A stretch of 64,000 nt of DNA from assembly GCA_043228905.1 (NCBI GenBank), contig JBHGNT010000015.1:13330001-13394000 (forward strand), given 5' to 3'. Shown piece by piece: positions 59,931-64,000 of this stretch. Source of the stretch: Azolla caroliniana (Eukaryota > Plantae > Polypodiophyta). Position numbers and translations under genes: made by a program. How positions within the stretch are numbered: the first letter of the stretch is position 1; every line of letters begins with the position of its first letter. A model generated the notes under the pieces. The model was not told where the DNA came from, did not search any database, and saw only the letters and a program-made list of their open reading frames with translations.

Positions 59931-62900
59931 CATAATAAATATTTTTAATATTTTATTTGTATTTATTATACGTACTCTAAATCGGATATAGTAGTGTTTT
60001 ACATATTTCACGTAGTGTGTGATTCACACTACAACACTCGCCTCCTCCGAACCCGCACATCCTCCGGTATGTGCCGAAGTCCCCGATGCTTGCTATTCAC
60101 CTTCGTTCGTAGCACTCTCCGATTCTTCCCGTATGTCGATTATCAATTGAAGACCACTTTCTTCACTTTCTGCATCACTGCGATCTTCGTATGATTGCTC
60201 CTCCTTGTCGGTCTTATCTAGGATCACATAGGGTTCTTCATCAATCCACTTTTTGAAAATCTTCACCCGTTTCCCGGCTATAGGCACTCGTAGTATCGTT
60301 CCATCCAACTCACATAGTCGGTAAGTTCCGTTGTCGAAAACTTTCCGAACCTCGTATGGCCCGAACCACCTTTTCGCAAACTTCCACATCGTTGTATGTT
60401 GATGATCCAAACTACTATCGTAGACAATCACCCAATATCCTTTTTCAATCTTCCGCGATCGTAGTCGGTCCTTTGTGTCGACCCAGCGTTTATTCCGGAA
60501 TCGCGCTTCTTGTTGCCGGCATATTGCTTCCGCTATGTCTTCCGGTCTTCCCTCTAGTTGTCATATCCGGACCGCTAGTAGTTCTTCCCGGCTCATCTCT
60601 TCCTTCCACGGTAGCACTATCCATGTCGCGATCGTGGTTTCCATTGGCATTACTGGTGCTTGTCCGGTCATGAGTTCTGCCGGCATGTAACCGGTTACGG
60701 AGCTATGCGTCGTCCGATCCGCCCATAGTGCATACGGGACCATCTGCGGCCAATCCTTCACCCTTCCGTCACATGCCTTCGCAAGTGCTTTGACGATCGG
60801 ACTATGTCCTCGTTCAATCTTCCCGTTGGCTTCCGGATTGTATGTTGTTGTCAGTGTTAACCGAACTCCATGTTTGGCGAAGAATACCCTAGCTTTGTCA
60901 GAGTCGAGTTCTCCCCAATCCACAATCACTTGTCCTACGCACCTGTACCTGCAAAACACATCTTCCAAAAGAAATTGGCATACCGTAGAACACGTTTTCC
61001 TTCGTAGCACCCGACCTTCTACTTGGTTTGTGAGATCTTCCCGAGCTAACACCAAGTAATTCTTTTGTCCGATCCCGGTTGGCATGGCTACAATATCGAC
61101 CATCCACTTGAAGTTGATTGTCGGTGAGAATGTCGGATGTAACTCATCTCGGTGTCGAACTCCGGAGTAGATTTGACACTTCTCGCAGCTTTCCGTGAAC
61201 TCCGTTATATCTTTGTACATGTTCTTCCACCAATATTTTTGTTTGATTTTCACAAAAGTTGCCCATGTTCTTCAATGTCCAACCCAATCGGATTCGTGAA
61301 ATTCAGACATTATCCGGTTTCGTTCCTCTTTCGTCCCGACTACCCGAAGTGGTATGCCATCTGGTCTTTTCAGCTCCCTCCATATTAATCCATTTTTCAA
61401 GAAGAACTTTCAGACTTGCCGCTTCTTACTTCGGATCTCGGCTCTCTTCTCTTTATTTTCCGATGATTCCTTGATTTCTTGTAGCACTTTCCCGATTAGC
61501 AAGCTTTCTCCCTCGTATTCTTCTTCCCGGAATTCTCGGATTACGTTCACCCAGCATATGTGCTCCGAAGCAAAGTAATCTTCGGAAACTTCTTCATTAT
61601 CGGATTCGGTTATGTCATCTCCGAACCGCGCCCTTGATAGCATATCCACTACCGCATTGTCTTTTCCGGAGATGTGTCGTACCTCCGGATTAAGTGACTT
61701 AACATATGCAATCCACCTTAGCATAGCTACATCCGGTATCGTGCAACACCACATCATCCTGAGTATCGGAAGACAATCTGTTTCGATCACTACTTCGGCT
61801 CCGATCAAATAATCTCGATCTGATTTGATTGCCGACACGACTCCCCATAATTCTCTTTTGACTTGTGCATATCCGCATTGCCTTTCATTGAGAACCTTTG
61901 CTCCGAATCGGATCGGATATCGTGAACCATCCGAGTTGGCTTGATTGATGACCCATCCGATTCCGGTTGGACTTGTGTCAACCGTTACTATGATCGATCG
62001 GTCATAGTTCAGCTTCTTTAGTGCTTTTGCCCTCCGTAGTGATTTCTTGAGCTTCTTCACGGCTTTGGTATGCTCCGGTTTCCATTCGAACTTCTTACCC
62101 TTCCGCAACAAGTGATAGAGTGGGTCCGGAATATGTGCATAGTGCGGAATCCATATGTGATAGAATGCACATGCTCCAAGAAACCTTCGAACTTCGGATT
62201 GTGACTCGCATACTTCTTTCATAGCTTGAATCGCATTGATCTTGGTTGGTGACGGTCTTCGGACGTAGGGCCCACATAGATGTCCGACTACCAATATTTC
62301 TTCTTGTCCGAATGCCGATTTCTCACCAGAAAGTGTTAGGTGCACATCTTCTAACTTCCAAAGCACTTTCTCACAATCACGAATATGGTCGACTACGAAC
62401 TTTCGGCATCCCTAATCATCCATACTTTCATCTTTTTCTTCTACCGTGCATCCTTTCATCGGAATGTCATCTAGGAACGGCATCGTTATCTCTGGAATGC
62501 AGTCTCGAAGCACCTTGTTCATTGCATTCATCATATGTGCGACCTAGTTCGTCACGCCTTGTGGTAGCATACACATTCGTACTAATCCTATCGGTGTCCG
62601 CATGGTAGTGATGTCTCGGCTCTCCACGGCTAGTTGAAATTGGTCATACCCCGAGTATAGGTCTTCGATGGAGTATATCGCACGACCGGCAAATGCTTCT
62701 GCAAATTCGTCCACTATCGGACCGACTCTAGAGTTCCGGATCGTGACCTTGTTCACCGGTTGCAAGTCTTGGATAATTCGGAGTGACCCATTCTTCTTCG
62801 GAACCGTAAACCATCGATTTGAGTACAGAGCGTTTGATGGCTCTAGAATCCCCATCGCCACCTTCTCCTTGAGCAAGTCGATGACTTTCGGAATATGCGC

Positions 62901-63567
62901 CTGTGGCACCAGAATCGGCTTCAGGTTCCACTACACATGGTCAATCGTGAAGATCACCATCGGCTCCACTATCTTCGGATCAACGCACCCTATCTCCTTC
63001 GATGTGAATGCAAATGCTTTCCCATGTTGTTCCAACATCCCACAGAATCGTTCTTCATTTTGTAAAAGGAAACCACCTCCACCGATTCGAAGTTTCTTCC
63101 AGGTCTCATCCATGAAGGCATGTCCGATATCCACAGACTTCCAAAGTGTCAGATCTCCCGAGACTTCTTTCTTCTTTTGCTCACTATCGGCAGGTAATGG
63201 TCCCGCAGTCGGTTTCACTTTCTTCTCCACGGTCTTGTATTTCGTACTTACAATTGCTTCTTCTTTGCGGAGCGCATCCGGCCCCATTTTCGCAATGATC
63301 TCGTACATCTCGGCCAATTCCACCGGGACTACCCAGCCTCCTTGGCTTTTATCCTCCACAAGCTCTTCAAGCCGTTGTAGCGTGCCCCCATAGAACACTT
63401 CTTCGACTACCCCCACGATTTCTTTGTCTTCTTTTATTATTGATGCCGACCGCAACTTATCCTCTACTTTTCGGTATTCTTTCTTCTTTCCTCCGGTTAC
63501 GGCCGTGTACGTAGATGCCCCATCCGGACCAATTCGCACTTGTTTTGCTCCGAGAGTTTTCTTCTTG

Positions 63568-63632
63568 TGTGGGGTATCAGGGCTTCTCGGACTATCACTT
63601 CCCCACTCCGCAACAGTCCGCTCTAAAAATCC
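63568..63632 (-). promoter_or_regulatory. -1 frameshift signal of C2
   Basis: Minus strand GGATTTTTAG followed by the same pseudoknot sequence as 17531-17583. Confidence 0.85.
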
Positions 63633-64000
63633 ATCCTTGTTTGGGACAAGAGCTCTCTCTTGTTCCTTTCATGATTTGCCGGCACAGTTAGGAATTGGAT
63701 GGATTTCCCTCCGCTTTGGCTCCGAATTCATGCGAAAGCCGCACCACTATCGAGCACCTTTGTCTCCATCCGTGAAGCCGTGATAAAGGGTTGCCCAAGG
63801 ATCACGGAATGTGAGACCTCATCTTGTACGAAGAAATTTTGGTCGATCTCGACATCCCTGATCTTCATCGTCACATCCAGACAAGCCGCAAATAGATCTT
63901 TCGTTGCTTTAGTGGTTGCCCGGATCTTCCATCCATGGTTAGTGTTTATAGGCCACTTCCCCTTCCGGTAGAACTCCTTGGACATCAAATTGATCTCCGA

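Larger units (their letters stand above)
59304..64000 (-). mobile_element. Gypsy element C2 (older relative of C), running off the window end
   Basis: 3' LTR 59304-60036. pol ~60024-63626 with several stops and the protease end at 63623-64000 are highly similar to C. Confidence 0.95.

Overview
Plant nuclear DNA (TTTAGGG-type repeats, one GT-AG-spliced DIVARICATA-like R-R MYB gene at 32003-34374). Almost all of the rest is nested LTR retrotransposons whose boundaries can be fixed from TG..CA termini, TSDs, PBSs and PPTs. Nest 1: Gypsy A (8822-30358, tRNA-Arg PBS, integrase plus a ~1000-codon extra ORF) contains chromovirus B (13459-27747), which contains Gypsy C (14621-21891). Nest 2: a Gypsy integrase remnant contains Copia F (39156-57671); F contains solo LTR E (itself holding Gypsy D) and solo LTR I (holding Copia G, which holds the very young Copia H, 49911-55381). 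The most unusual content is a tRNA-Trp-primed Gypsy lineage seen four times (degenerate X, C, gag-only D, C2). It has a 4-bp TSD (shown directly for C), and all four visible outer junctions are centred on CpG. X, C and C2 show a Gag-protease/Pol split; C and X have a D-H-G protease; C and C2 have a GGAUUUU slippery site plus pseudoknot; C, C2 and D carry antisense tRNA-derived Pol III cassettes in their LTRs. All calls were made by eye; no searches were run, so novelty is unverified.
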